From positions 110,486,001 to 110,550,000 of the forward strand of contig NW_024704742.1 of the NCBI RefSeq assembly GCF_018977255.1: 64,000 nt of DNA, read 5' to 3'. Positions 1 to 12,480 of the stretch are shown here, piece after piece. How positions within the stretch are numbered: the first letter of the stretch is position 1; each line of letters starts with the position of its first letter. Under the pieces are notes generated by a model. The model was not told where the DNA came from. It saw only the letters and a list, made by a program, of their open reading frames with translations, and ran no database searches. The position numbers and the translations under genes were made by a program. This DNA is from Callorhinchus milii. Its lineage: Eukaryota.

Positions 1-117
1 ATGTCTGCCTAAACAGTCAGACCTTGGTTTAATGTCTGATCCATAAAATAGTATTTCTCACGCACCCTATCACTGCACTCAAGTGCCAGCCTAGAATATG
101 AGCTCAAGGTCCCATTC
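1..117 (-). mobile_element. Deu-domain SINE fragment
   Basis: The reverse complement has ttgagctcatattctaggctggcacttgagtgcagtga...cattaaaccaagg, homologous to the fuller copies at 41763 and 53204. Confidence 0.65.
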
Positions 118-280
118 ATACCACTGCACCTGCCTTTATTCCTATCTTGAATCCCGAACACCTTCTATGCTTTTCTGCCCAATGAAGCTCAGCATTGAGT
201 CTTGGAGGAAAAGGTCAGATCTCTGTGAAGGGAAGCTCTCAACCTGTTGATCTTTGCTGCCCACATTAATTATTTGTCTG

Positions 281-607
281 TAATAATAATAATAATAATA
301 ATCCTTGCATTTGATATAGCGCTTTTCACGTCAGGAGGACGTCCCAAAGCGCTTCACAGAACACACTGTAAAGTGAATTGACTGTATATTTGTGGGCGAA
401 CGCGGCAGCCAATTGCGCACAGCAATGTCCCACAAACAGTCGTAGATTGAAAATGACCAATTTAATTATTGTTTTGGGTTTTTGGAGGGATTATTATTAG
501 GCGTGTGGAGTAAGGAAACTTGCCCAAGGTTTCGCCCTGCCTGGAATTGAACTCAGGTCTCTCGCTTGCAAAGCGAGTGCTCTAACCACTGAGCTACAGG
601 ACTCCAC
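281..607 (-). mobile_element. tRNA-Ala(UGC)-derived SINE, full length, short form
   Basis: Head gtggagtcctgtagctcagtggttagagcactcgctttgcaagcgag with A and B boxes, an L2-like 3' stem-loop and an (ATT)n tail. Many similar copies occur in the window. Confidence 0.92.
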
Positions 608-1654
608 ATCTGTAGTAGATGCTGAGACACAAGTGGATCAGAATATAACAAGATGCTTACAGTGGTTAATGTGACAGACATTAGAATACACCGTGAAAGT
701 TTATCAGGCTGGAAATCAGGCCTAGTCTTAGCCTGTGAGACTATTTATTCTTAAAATTTAAGATTGTGCAGAATTATGAAACATTCTTATATTCAATTTT
801 AATGTGGACAAGCCTTTTCCAAATTATTAAAAAGAACCAATTTCCAAATAAAGAGTAAATCAAAGAATTTTCCACAATTTTGCACCATCTTACATTTTGA
901 AACAAAATGGTTTTACAGGCTGCGACTAGGTGGAGGTGGAATTTTGGGCATATGATGTCCTGCACATATACACAATGCAACGATTTTTGGGAACATCCTT
1001 ATGCATCAGCCATTTACAATAATTATAGACTGCGAAATATTTCATTGTCTCTTTCTTGTCTCATACTATCATTATTACTGATAAAGTGGTACCTTACTTC
1101 TGCTATGAATTTCACATGATTTTCTTCTTCACTTCTCTGAAGATATTTCAAGTTTGATCACTGACTCACTCTATTGGTTAGCTCTCGTGAAGTTTGCATC
1201 TCTTTAATATTCAATGCGACTGCTCAGCCCCCTCTGAAGTGGACCTTATAGTGTACGTTCCCAAACTTTCTCCACCAAAACCTGCTTATTCTCTGTAGAT
1301 TATGGCTTAATTCAATGTCAGGAACAGATGTATATTGTAAGGTACAATTGCTTATTCAGCTTGCAAAATTGTGATAAAAGTCAATATTGAATTGAGTATT
1401 TCATCGAACAGCTCAATGATTCACAGTTGCCTATATATTTCAGCAGACTGGCCTCACGCAGAGATTAATGTTTAATTCTGTTGCATTTTGCAGGGCAATT
1501 ATCAGGGGTCAATATGCATAACGCACATTCTGTTTGCCCTAAGAGATTCACCCCCAACTATTCTCTTTCGTATTCTATATGGAATGACTACACATGGATC
1601 ATGCTTTTCTCAAGCAGCTGAATTACAATACACTGTATCTGAACATTTCTCTAC

Positions 1655-2125
1655 AACGTTAAATCAGTGTCCAGCTCTGTCTGTACAATGTCAAATCAGT
1701 AACCAGTTCTGTCTGTCTTTATGTATAATATCAAATCAGTGTCTCCACATAGTCTGAATGTGCCATGATAAACCAGTGTAACTCTAGAAAAAAGCAACAA
1801 TAAATCGGTCCCTTCGATCCACAACTGTTTGCGAGACACTGCTGTGTGCAATTGGCTGCCGTGTTTCATCCACAAATATAGAGTCAATTCACTTTACAGT
1901 ATATTCTATGAAACGCTTTGAGATATCTAGAAGACGTGAAAAGCACTATATCAAATGGAAGGATTATTATTATTTAATTTTTTATTTGAAAATACCTGTG
2001 CAATATTAAATCAGTGAACTTGTGATGACTGTAATTATATAATTAAATCAGTGGATCTGTGATTTTAGGTGTAATATTAAATCAGTGTGCTTGCACTGTC
2101 AGAAAGCACAATTTTTAATCTGTGT
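1655..2125 (+). repeat. Degenerate minisatellite with core aatattaaatcagtg, interrupted by a SINE 3' fragment
   Basis: About 7 imperfect copies near 1657, 1688, 1727, 2002, 2039, 2073 and 2110, spaced about 30-40 bp within each block. Confidence 0.55.
1787..1974 (+). mobile_element. tRNA-SINE 3' half
   Basis: ctgtttgcgagacactgctgtgtgcaattggctgcc...gacgtgaaaagcactatatcaaatggaaggattattat. Confidence 0.85.
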
Positions 2126-5100
2126 GCTGTGTATGAGTGATATTGAGTCATATCTCTAGCAGGGTGACAAGTTCATTGAGAAAAGATGCGGAAAAGATGC
2201 ACTCTTTTTTAAGTTGCAAGAAAACTCCCCACCATTAATATTATTAATGTTTCTCAGTGCTGGGAGCCAGTTTGTTTTCACTCTGCACAAAACATGATTT
2301 TTGTTCCACACTTGCACTATTAATCGATGATGCAACTCGAACGACAGCAGCCCCTTTTCCTTCAGGAGGTGGAGGTTACAGCTCCAGCATTCAATTGACC
2401 TGTTTTCAAATAATCTACAAAAAAATGAAGATTAAGTCCTCTAACAAGAGCAGTTTTCACAGTCTAGCACACAAAGAGAAGGATTGGGGAAAAAGATGAG
2501 AGGGCAAGCCGCATTGTGCCGACCCACTTAAATCTTATTTTGAATTCACTAAATGTGTTATTTGACTTGGCAAGTGAGCTGGTATGTGTATTAGATCAGC
2601 AGGGAGCCTAATCAAGGAGATGCCAAGTTTGCAGCAGCCCCTCTGTGCTGGATTGGCCTCCGTTAGTGACCTTAAGCAAAGTGGGTGGTTCAGCCCAAAA
2701 GAGAATAGCATTAACCCCGGCTTGAAGTTCAGGCCGATTTGAAGTCTCCCTTTGTATGCTATTCCAAAAATACGAAAAGCATTCATCAAAACTGAATCTA
2801 GTCAGTTCAGCAATGTCTTCACATTCTGAGCTTTATAAAAGGCTGCTTTCATTAATGCTGACACATGCAAAAGAACTGAAAAGTATTAACTCGGTTTAGG
2901 CACTTGATTCTACATCTGTGAAACAATCCACCTTGTAGTTCAGGAACTCAGACCTTTATCCATGTTGTGTGATAAAAAAAACAGTTTACAACTTGTAAAA
3001 ATTATTAGAATTTTCTTCCAAATGGAGCCAAAGGGGCCATACACAATGAGAGACCCGGTAGCCAAAGTGCACTTTAAACCTCTGGAATGGAATAAATAAC
3101 ACCGACTCAGAAAGCAGCAATTTAATCACTTGCAGTATCATTATTATAGTTTGATAATGCTTTCATTTAAATCCTTTGGCAGGATATAAAGAATAACTGC
3201 AGATTTATTCTTTAGTAATAAACTACAAAATCGACTTCTGTAGAAAAACTTTGTGTCACATGCATATACTTAAACCACAGGCCACATTAATATGACATTT
3301 ACTTTTGCATTTCAATGTGTCCTTAATATTTGTCATTGTGACAATATTGGACAAAATTATGATATATTGCCGTATATTTATGCGAAAGAAATGAGTTACA
3401 TTTTTGCAATCCCTTAGGCTTTTCTATGTAACTAGGCATTTGATGCTTTAGTGAACAGAAAGGTTGTATGGAAATTAACAGATACTATTTTCTTTTAGAA
3501 AAGAAAGGAATACCACAATCAGACCAGTTGTACAATGTGCTTGAGAAAACCTAAAGGACAAAACTCTTTGCCCTATTTTCAATAATAGTCAAGTAATGTT
3601 CTCTGAAGAGTCTATTGCCAGTAGTTACTGAAAAAATAGCAAGATACCAAGCTAAGGTATGTATTCCAGCTAGAAGGTCACCTGTCATATATTAGATGAT
3701 CCCTTTTTCTGATTTTACCTGACAAAGACTGCACAATGGATTTGTATTAACAACTGATCTGTTGCATCAGTCCAATTTCTGAAGTGTGCAATGTTGCAAA
3801 GCAATGGAAGTTTGAGACTTCAGCAGCTTGCATTGTGGCAAGGATGAGATCTTATACAAACTGCAGCACATGCAAACACATGCATATTGTTCAGATGGAG
3901 GAAGAAAGCACCCTCTCTTCTACTGAGACTATTTTATGTGGTTAATGTCAATTCTATACAAGAAAAATGTGTATAAACAGGATTGCTGCAAAACTATTGC
4001 ATTCAACAGAAAAGATTCTTTATATGAATTCCTGTACTTTACAGGAAAAATAATCTGCAAATTTTACATAGGAATTTTTAAAAAATGTTTTGTGAAAAGC
4101 AAAGAGAAAAAAGGGATACTACAACCAGAGCATTTGTACAATGTGCTTGAGAAAACTAAAGGGGCATCACTACACTTAAGAGTATCCAAACCATCTGTTG
4201 GGAGTTCCACCTACGCATGGAAATGACCTTTATACAGATACAAGGAAGAAAGTAAGGAAGATGAGACACTTTGGCAAAACAGACACACAACACCATAAAT
4301 AGAGCGTGTCATGTCTTACTAATAATATATTAGCACATTAATAAGCTGTAATGATTTTAAAACTGGAATATTATAAGTTGCATAAGCATATGTGCGTATT
4401 CCATAAGGATGTAAACAAACCACATGAGCAATTATCAGTACATGGGGCCCATTGCAAATGTTAAACTTGTGGATAAGTGAAGTCTATTAGTCTCAACCAG
4501 GTGTAAATGCCATATTTCTTTACTATCATAAGAAACATAAGTGTTTCCATACTTATCTTGGTGTGTTTTGAGTAAATAGGAAAACCATCATGAAATTCCA
4601 GTGCACTGACTACAAGACAAATTTCAACCAGGAATCCAGACACTGTCCTTGTTTCCAAAACTGTACAGTAATTTCTCATGACTTTATGCTGCAGCGACCA
4701 GTTATTAGTCGTATGGCTAGGTGCTGTCTGCCTTTACATGTGGACGTTAAAGATCCCACAATTTGAAAAATTAAGTTATTCTATGTCCTATTTAAGCCGT
4801 GCTTTTATTGTTGATCTGATGCAAAATTAAGTACTAAATCAGAACATTTTCTCTCAACTTTGTGTACTCATTGTAATTATTAAATTTTCCAAAAAGTTGG
4901 ATTTTCCGGGGTTTGATTTTCTTACAGCTTAAACATTAAAGAATATGGGCAGAGAGATGGAATTACTGAAAAAAGCGAGAATAGCAAAAACAGGTAGCAG
5001 TGATGTAGAGAAGATGGGGCAAATGGTCCTCTTCCATGTTGAAATGTTCATGTTTCAGTCTGATACATGGCCTCCACCATTTGTAATATTGTTATAATGT

Positions 5101-6787
5101 GAACTGGGATCTGAATAAAATAAAGCTAGGGATAATGAGAGTTAACAGTGGAGCTGAAATGCGTCAAGTTAAGATATCATCACTGCACAATAAGACACGA
5201 CTCATAGAAGGGCAGAACAAGGGAATTACCTTGAAGTTCTGAAACAGAATTATAAGGGAATTAAGAGCCTAGTATTTATTATCATTTTAATAAGAGCCCC
5301 ATTAGTCATAAGGATTTTAAAGGGTCTGTTAGTCACTTACCTTGGGGATTTGCTTTAAAGAAACTTAATACTCAGGGACAGATAACAGTCAAGAGCAAAC
5401 TTCAATGCTTTCTTTTAGTTTATTTTCGGCTAATTTCACCTGCCCTATACCAAGTCACCCTCATAATATTCCCTGGAAATTTTTAATTTCAGGAACAGGC
5501 ATAAGCCAGATGCATTAAAGAAGCTTGAAAGCTCAACAAAGCATTTGACATCCTGACTTTAGTGCAAGATGTTCCAGTGATACCAATTGTACTTTACAAA
5601 ATTTCAATCTGAGAAAAGGGGAGCAGCAGTGACACTATAACCTCATATGATCTGCAAACAGATGATGTGTGCGTTCTCAGAGATTAGGTGCAATTTGTTA
5701 CTGTGTCAGTACTTCCAGCACTGGTCTTACGCCAAGATAAAACGGAACCACAGCACTGAACTGAATTTCGACCATTAATACGCCTATGATTATTTGTTTT
5801 TTCCCTTTTTGTTTAAGTGCCTCTTTTCATGCTGAGAATGTTTGATTTAATAGTGCTCAGTGACCGGGTGGGCGAGGGGGTTGGAAACCTAGAGCGCTTG
5901 TAACAACAACAAACAGGAAAGAAAGCACTTTGAAAAATAAACTAGGCAGCCTTTATATAATACATTATCTGTAGGGAAATATGGAAATGTGCTCTTCAAA
6001 TCCCAATAAACACAACGGAGAATAAGGAAGGAAACTTTTTTTGAAGGAGGACAAAAAATGAAATGTGTTTAAAGGGGAAGAAACTGTTGACTTTTTAATC
6101 AAGCACTTTGTGAATGATTTGGCACCTTTGGTTTATTGTTGTGCATTAGACCATTTAATACCCAGAATAATACTTTCTTTCTGGCTTGAAACAAGTACAG
6201 AAAAATTTACTTTAGCTGGTTTTCTAATGTTGTGGCTAATAGCCGAATCTTTCCAAAAATGCACTGGGAAATACATAAGTCTTCACCAAAACATTCTTTC
6301 TTTCCAAATGTGTGTGGAAATGTTCTGAGGATATGAGATGAACATCCAGCCTGTTTAAGTCAACAGAAACGGTCCCTCGCTCATAAGTATTTTTTTTGCC
6401 ACCAAAAAAAACATATTAAAATAATTTCTTGCTTTGTTCGACCAGATGGGAAATTTGAGGTTTGACCAGATGAAACATAACGGAAGATTGGATCTGAGCC
6501 ACAAGTGGTTTTGCTCAATAGGACTCAATTGACCCTAAATATGCCTGAGCAGATGTAGAAGTACAGTAAATAGCGGAAATGTTTTGGAAGGCAGTGAAAT
6601 ATGATTTTTATTCCCATAAGTAAATCATAGTTTCCCTTTTATGTATGGAAATAAAAAAAACAACAGTTCGATAGATTCCAAAGCATTTTATGTATGAAAT
6701 ATTAATATAGTCATAAACGTAATACAATAATTTAAAATTAACCTCTTTTAAGCAAAATTAAAGAATGGAGTGCAAGTAGAACATGAT

Positions 6788-6905
6788 AGTAATGATCCTT
6801 GCATTTTATATAGCGTCTCATCACAATTGAGATGTTTCAAAGTGTTTCACAGAATATATTGTAAAGAGGATTGACTGTGTGTAGTATTTTGTGGGCGAAA
6901 TGCCT
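6788..6905 (-). mobile_element. tRNA-SINE 3' fragment
   Basis: atccttgcattttatatagcgtc...ttcacagaatatattgtaaa, the reverse of the SINE tail. Confidence 0.75.
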
Positions 6906-7019
6906 ACAAAAACGAAACATAGACTATAACACTTTGTGTGATATCCTGAAAATCCCCTAAAAGGGATCAAATTTTGAATTCAGTTTTGTCACACAAAGTC
7001 ACGAGATTGGTTTGAACTA

Positions 7020-7260
7020 AGAAGGCTCTTCAGGCCATCCGATCTCATCCTTCCAGAATACCCACTCTACTACCCTCTCCATTACAGCACCAAGCTTTTT
7101 AAGTACCATGTCCTGGCCTCAACCTTTCTGGCAACCTCTTCCAGTCATTAACTAACCTCTTGGCAAAGAAAGCCTTTGTGGAATCTGTTCTGAAATAGCC
7201 TTTTACAATGCTAAACTTTCCTTCTTGTTCTACTATCTTGGTGCATTCTCAAGTAGCCAT
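7020..7260 (-). mobile_element. Decayed CR1 LINE 3' end
   Basis: Weak similarity to the CR1 3' ends at 25471 and 31577 (gaaggctcttcaggccatc...). Confidence 0.45.
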
Positions 7261-7491
7261 GGAATGAGAAGTTAATTTCGACCATTCAATCTCTCTCCAA
7301 TTATAAGCCACACACAACTTACCCCAGGTAATGCATCCCCTGGGGAAAGTTCATCATGGCATTTGTCGACAAATACACAGGCACTACAAGTCATTGTAAC
7401 TTTGTAATCTCAAAGTTGACATCCAATGCACTGGGGAGTGCTGCATTGTCAGAGTAAGTGTCCTCCAGATGGGACGTTAAATACAGCAACA

Positions 7492-7853
7492 TGTAGAATT
7501 CTGTAGCTCAGTGGTTAGAGCACTCGCCTAGAGACCTGGGTTCGATTCCCAGCAGGGCGAAATGTTGGGCAAGTTTTCTTTCTCCACTCGCCTCTGTTTA
7601 CCTAGCAGTGTGTAGGAAACCAGTTGTTAGTTTTTGGATCGTTTTTCCGGGGGTAATAATTCCTTCAAAAAATAAATTGGTCACTCAATCCACGACTGTT
7701 TGTGGGACACGGCTGTGTTCGATTGGCTGTCGCGTTTCGCTTACAAAATATACAGTTACTTCACTTTACAGTTTATTCTGTGAAGCACTTTAGGACGTCT
7801 CGAAGATGTGATAAGGTGCTATATCAATTGCAAGGATTATTATTATTATTATT
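7492..7853 (+). mobile_element. tRNA-SINE, full length, long form
   Basis: A box tagctcagtgg, B box ggttcgattcc, internal segment ctctgtttacctagcag...gttgttag, and an (ATT)n tail. Confidence 0.9.
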
Positions 7854-9236
7854 TTATGACATGGATAAGTTGTGAAGATAGATTATAGGAAATGGACCAG
7901 TCGCAGTGCAATCACTCCAATGTGCTCGTGAGTCACAGCACCAAGGTAAGGTTGGGGAAACTATGGCTCTGATGAAATTGGAAGGCTTCCATTCCCAGCA
8001 ATATTGACCTTTACACTGAACTGCACAAATGCATATAAAAAAACAGTCATTGACGACCAGTTTTAAATCTTGATTAAAAGAGTGCAAATGATTACCATAT
8101 TATTATTAATAGTTCGTTAGGAGGGCATCTGTTCAAGAGTTCTTTTTGCATGAATTCAGATTGTAATCTTCAAAAGTTATATTGTTTTCCATGTGTGCTT
8201 GTGTTTTTTTCAAGATGCCCTCAGAGAATATGAATATTACAGAAGTGACCAGACACGCTGTATTCTTATATGCATATAGTTTAGCTGGCACAGCCTCAAA
8301 AGTGTCAAACTGGAAGTCAGTAATCTGCTCGGTATCTTGGCTTTCAGTCCATCTGTGTGGATTGTTGAGAGACCGTTTTACTGGATGCACAAGTCTGCAG
8401 GGAATATTAATTTCCCTTTTCCCACTATAAGACAAATCTAATGTTTTAAATTCTTATCTACAATCAAAAAGCTATCATTTAGGACATTAACAATGTAACT
8501 TGTTGTGGAACATGTCTCTTCCTGTGTCTATATATAAAGCTTTGTAATTTGACTTGGGCATCATTTTAATGGAAATAGATGGCTCGGCCGGTTGTTTTTT
8601 CTTTTTCTCTCAGAATGACGTGAGGAAAACATCTTGAAATATGAGCTGTTCTCATTCAGTGCAGTGCATCGAATACCAGCCCTGCCTGAAATTACCCACG
8701 TCCCTCATCTGATGACCATGGGAACTGGATAAACAGTCACGACCCACACTCTGGATTAAAAAAAACATGCACATAAGGAACTCATACATGAGGTCGGTGT
8801 GGTTATTTAACAGGAAAGCAACTTTAAGCCTCCACGGGCATTTCTCTGTAGCCTTATAAAGTACAATGCAGTGAGAGTTTCTCCAGCTGGTTTTAGGAAA
8901 GAAAGCATATCAAATGTTTGTACAGTCGATACAGCATTGTGAGGTTTTCAGCTGAGGAACAATATGAATCAAGAAATCACAGAAATTTACAATGCAGAAG
9001 GAGGCCATTTGGCCCATCAAATCTAAACCGGTGTTTCACAGGAAATGTGTTTTGACAATGCAGAATGGAGGCTCAATTACTATGTACATTATTTATTCTG
9101 TGATAATATTTGTAAATGTACTGAAATCGGCTCATGGTATAAGCCTTTTATCCTGTATGTGTGATAATGCAAAATGTTTTTCTGTATTGCAGTGACACCA
9201 GTGATACACTGTTACACAGTTTGCATTGGATGTGAG

Positions 9237-9596
9237 ATAATAATAATCTTTGAATTTGATATTGTGCCTTATCACGTCTTCAAGACGTCTCAAAGTGCTT
9301 CACAGAATATACTGTAAAGTGAATTGACTATAATTTGTGGGCAAAACGCGGCAGCCAATTGCTCACAGCAGTGTCCCACAAACAGTCGTGAATTACTTTT
9401 ATTTATTTTGAAGGAATTATTACCCCTGGAAAAGTGATCCTCCAATCGACTAACAACCGGGTTCCTGCTTACTGCTAAATAAACAGAGGTGTGAGGAGTA
9501 AGGAAACTTGCCCAACATTTCGCACTGCCGGGAATCAAACCCAGATCCTCGCGCTTGCGAGGCAAGTGCTCTAACCACTAAGCTACAGGACTCCAC
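9237..9596 (-). mobile_element. tRNA-SINE, full length, long form
   Basis: Reverse copy running from the (ATT)n tail to the head agctacaggactccac. Confidence 0.9.
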
Positions 9597-9703
9597 ATGA
9601 CCTGAAGGAGACAGTCTTGTATCACTCCCACTATGAACTGGTTGCTGTGTGACGACTCCCGTTGCAAAAGTCAAATTCTCATACTTTTAAACGAATAATA
9701 ATA

Positions 9704-9980
9704 TCAGCCTGGTAGAAGTTGGTAGAAGTTGCCTCTGAGTTAGAAGGTTATGTCTTCAAAGCCACACATCAGGTCTTTGAACTGTCTAGAATGACACTCC
9801 AATGCAGTCCTGAGGGTGTACTGCATTGTCGGAAGTGCTTCAGATAAAACTTTAAACAGAATTCCCATCTGCCTGTTCATTAAAGATCCCAGGCACTACT
9901 CAAAAAGAGAAGGAAGTTTCTCCTAGTCTCCTGGCCCACAATTCTCCAAATAGAAATTGACTGCTTACTTCATTGTTATG
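9704..9980 (+). mobile_element. Deu-domain SINE, 5' and central part
   Basis: gcctctgagttagaagg...tgacactccaatgcagtcctgaggg...taaagatcccaggcact...ctcctggcc. Confidence 0.75.
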
Positions 9981-10244
9981 TAGCTTAGCTGGTTAAACTC
10001 CAGCAGTACCCAAATGCACACTGTAAGCTACCCAAGTCTTAGCTCTTACCACTTGCAGCTAATAATCACCAGATTTATATGAACAGGATGAGAGAGTGCT
10101 TATTCAATTCAAGATACAGACATTTATATATATATAGCTGGCTTGCAGAGAACTCTCATTTGGTTTGAATACTCTTAAGTAGGGTGATGGGTTTCCACTA
10201 TGTCAGATACCCAGCTGACCAAAAAAAGGAACAAAGTTTGATCA

Positions 10245-10480
10245 CCCTTTGGAACTCCACCCCACAATCCCTTTGCTTTGCTCCCTCCCTTGCCTCCTTC
10301 AAGGCACGTCTCAAGACCCTCTTGACCACCCTCCCTTGGCCACCCTCCAACCCTCCATCCTCCCTTAACCCAATCCCTCTCCATGCCCAGGTCCAAATCC
10401 CTGACTGTGCAGCGCCTTTGGACATCCTGCCAACGTGAAAGGCGCTACACAGATGTAATTTTGTATTTTATTGTATTGTG
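10245..10480 (+). mobile_element. L2 LINE 3' end
   Basis: C-terminal ORF2 peptide LWNSTPQSLCFAPSLASFKARLKT, then a 3' stem-loop agcgcctttggacatcctgccaacgtgaaaggcgct. Confidence 0.85.
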
Positions 10481-11741
10481 TCAGCAGGAAAACATCAAAT
10501 TCAGAAAAATAATCAAATTAAGCCATTAGACTGTTAGTATCTTGATGCCAACGGTCCTCTCCAGATAAAATTAATCATTCACTTCATGGCTGTTTGTGCG
10601 ACATTGTTGTGTGCAAATTGTGTGTGTGTGTTCACCCATAGTCACTATACTTTACAGAAACTCTGTGTAGCTCTTTGAGATACAGTAAACTCCTTACAAC
10701 TGGATCCTGGATTAACTTGTGGCTATGCTGTCAAGTCATCATACTGTCAATATCCAGTCTGCATTTATACATTTGCTCAAATCACCACTCTGGATAACCC
10801 TTTTCCTCAGACTGACGAGTTATCAGGATTCCTGAATTTCAACATTATAAAAAAGATTATTATTGTTATTGTATAGGTCAATGCCTGATCCTGGTCAAAA
10901 AGGAGACTGGATACTGAAAAGCTAACCAGGGTATTGTACACTCCTCTGTGTTAATGTAAAATATATGGCTTTTGTGTAAATTATTGTTGGAACAAATGAT
11001 TAAAATATCTGAAACAAATTTCTAAGTTATCCCTATTCATTAAAAATTACCAGCGATATGCTTTGCTTGCCAAATAGTTATCTTGTGTTCCTTCGATATG
11101 CACAATAAAGTAGTGATTGAGCAGGAAATTAATTTAAGAGATCGGCATTTGGCAGTGGGCAATGGTCTGTGCTTTTTCTGCACATATTACGGCTCATTAG
11201 AAAACAACTTCTACGATACATAAACTTCCATCTCTACTTCCTGTTTGTGCAATGATGGGAAACAAAACATCCTGAAGGGCATCTCAGCAGCATGAGATCT
11301 GTCAGCCTGGGAACCACACTCCTACAAACTCATGGTGCTGGCACTGGGCGTTAATTCTTTAAACAGATGAGAAAAGTCACTTTGTTTAGAGTTCTATAAG
11401 AGCTGTTGTCCAACCCTTGTGAAATTCAGGCCTGCAGAGGGTTCTCTCTAACGTGGTACATATGGTCTGTTTGCAACATGACATGGGAGAGAGAATTTGT
11501 CGTGTTCAAACGAGCTGATTCCAGAGATTTTTTTTCCCCAAACAGATTGATGTTTCTTATTTGTATGTTCTACAATTTTTGATCCAGAAGAAAAAACAGA
11601 AAGTTGATTCCGTATTTTCTCCTAGATCAATGTGAATGGAAACAACGGGAAAAAAACAAGAGAACGTGTGCCTGGGTATCCCCAAAACACATCATTAACA
11701 GCTTGCAGTGATTTTGAAACAGAAACGTTACAGTGTATATC

Positions 11742-11845
11742 TGTGTGTGTCTGTGTGTGTGTGATGTGCGTGTGTGTGTGGTGTGCATATGTGTGTGATT
11801 TGTGTGTTGTGTGTGGTGTATGTGTGTGTGTGGTGTGTGTGTGTG
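11742..11845 (+). repeat. Imperfect (TG)n microsatellite
   Basis: Visible directly in the sequence. Confidence 0.95.
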
Positions 11846-12480
11846 AAACAGAACAGGCAGGCTCCATGCATCCACCCTGGGGACACAATCAATCACCACC
11901 AAACTATCCATTTTCAGTGGACGCAGCTCATTTTGGAAGCGCTGAGTGATGTCCCAGTTAGACCGTGACTTTTTTAAGATGCTTTTATGCCTGTGGCTGC
12001 ACGAGGATCGTGGTGGATTGCCGGTAAATCTCACTCTGCTTCAGCCTCATCTGTTCTGGGACTCACCTGAGGCGGTTTCGCAACACAAGAGCAACTTTGC
12101 GTGGGCTTCAGGTTAACAGTTGGAGTCCCAGAATTTAATTCAATGTGTCATGACACATGATACAGACCAATATCTATCCACCAGCCAGCACAGTCTGACC
12201 CTTCAGCACAGTTAATGTAACTGACTTCACACACTGGGTGGGTTTTGCTTCCTGAAGGACTCAGAGCACCACTCTGTATGAATGAGCACGCGTGCAAGGA
12301 ATTGCACGGGATGTATGTGTTTGTGCATCTGTATGGAGTTTCAGAATATTTGTCCATTAAAAAGGCCAAGATTCTATTAACAGACAGTCATACTGAAAGT
12401 CCAACCCTGGCTTCCACAATTTCACCAATAAGAATAACCCGAGGGGGTGGGGAGTAAGGGACATAGTCTGATGTGACTCA

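Noticed and set aside
2535..2789. Minus-strand ORF with RCC1-sounding words (LFSFGLN, GRLQIG)
   Set aside because: Motif spacing does not fit an RCC1 repeat, and I found no suitable splice sites.
3936..4226. ITAM-like LYNVL motif in a 96-aa ORF
   Set aside because: Only one YxxL, with no paired motif or transmembrane exon; the duplicate copy stops immediately afterwards.
7316..7350. Minus-strand ctttccccag|gggatgcattacctggg|gtaagt mini-exon candidate
   Set aside because: In the phase required by the upstream exon it reads GDALPG, not an RCC1 continuation, and there is no other support.
8133..8435. 100-aa minus-strand ORF with an acceptor-like ttccctgcag
   Set aside because: No recognisable domain, and its phase 2 is incompatible with direct joining to the 21566 exon.
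11622..12034. Overlapping His/Thr- and Cys/Val-rich ORFs
   Set aside because: These are translation artefacts of the (TG)n microsatellite.
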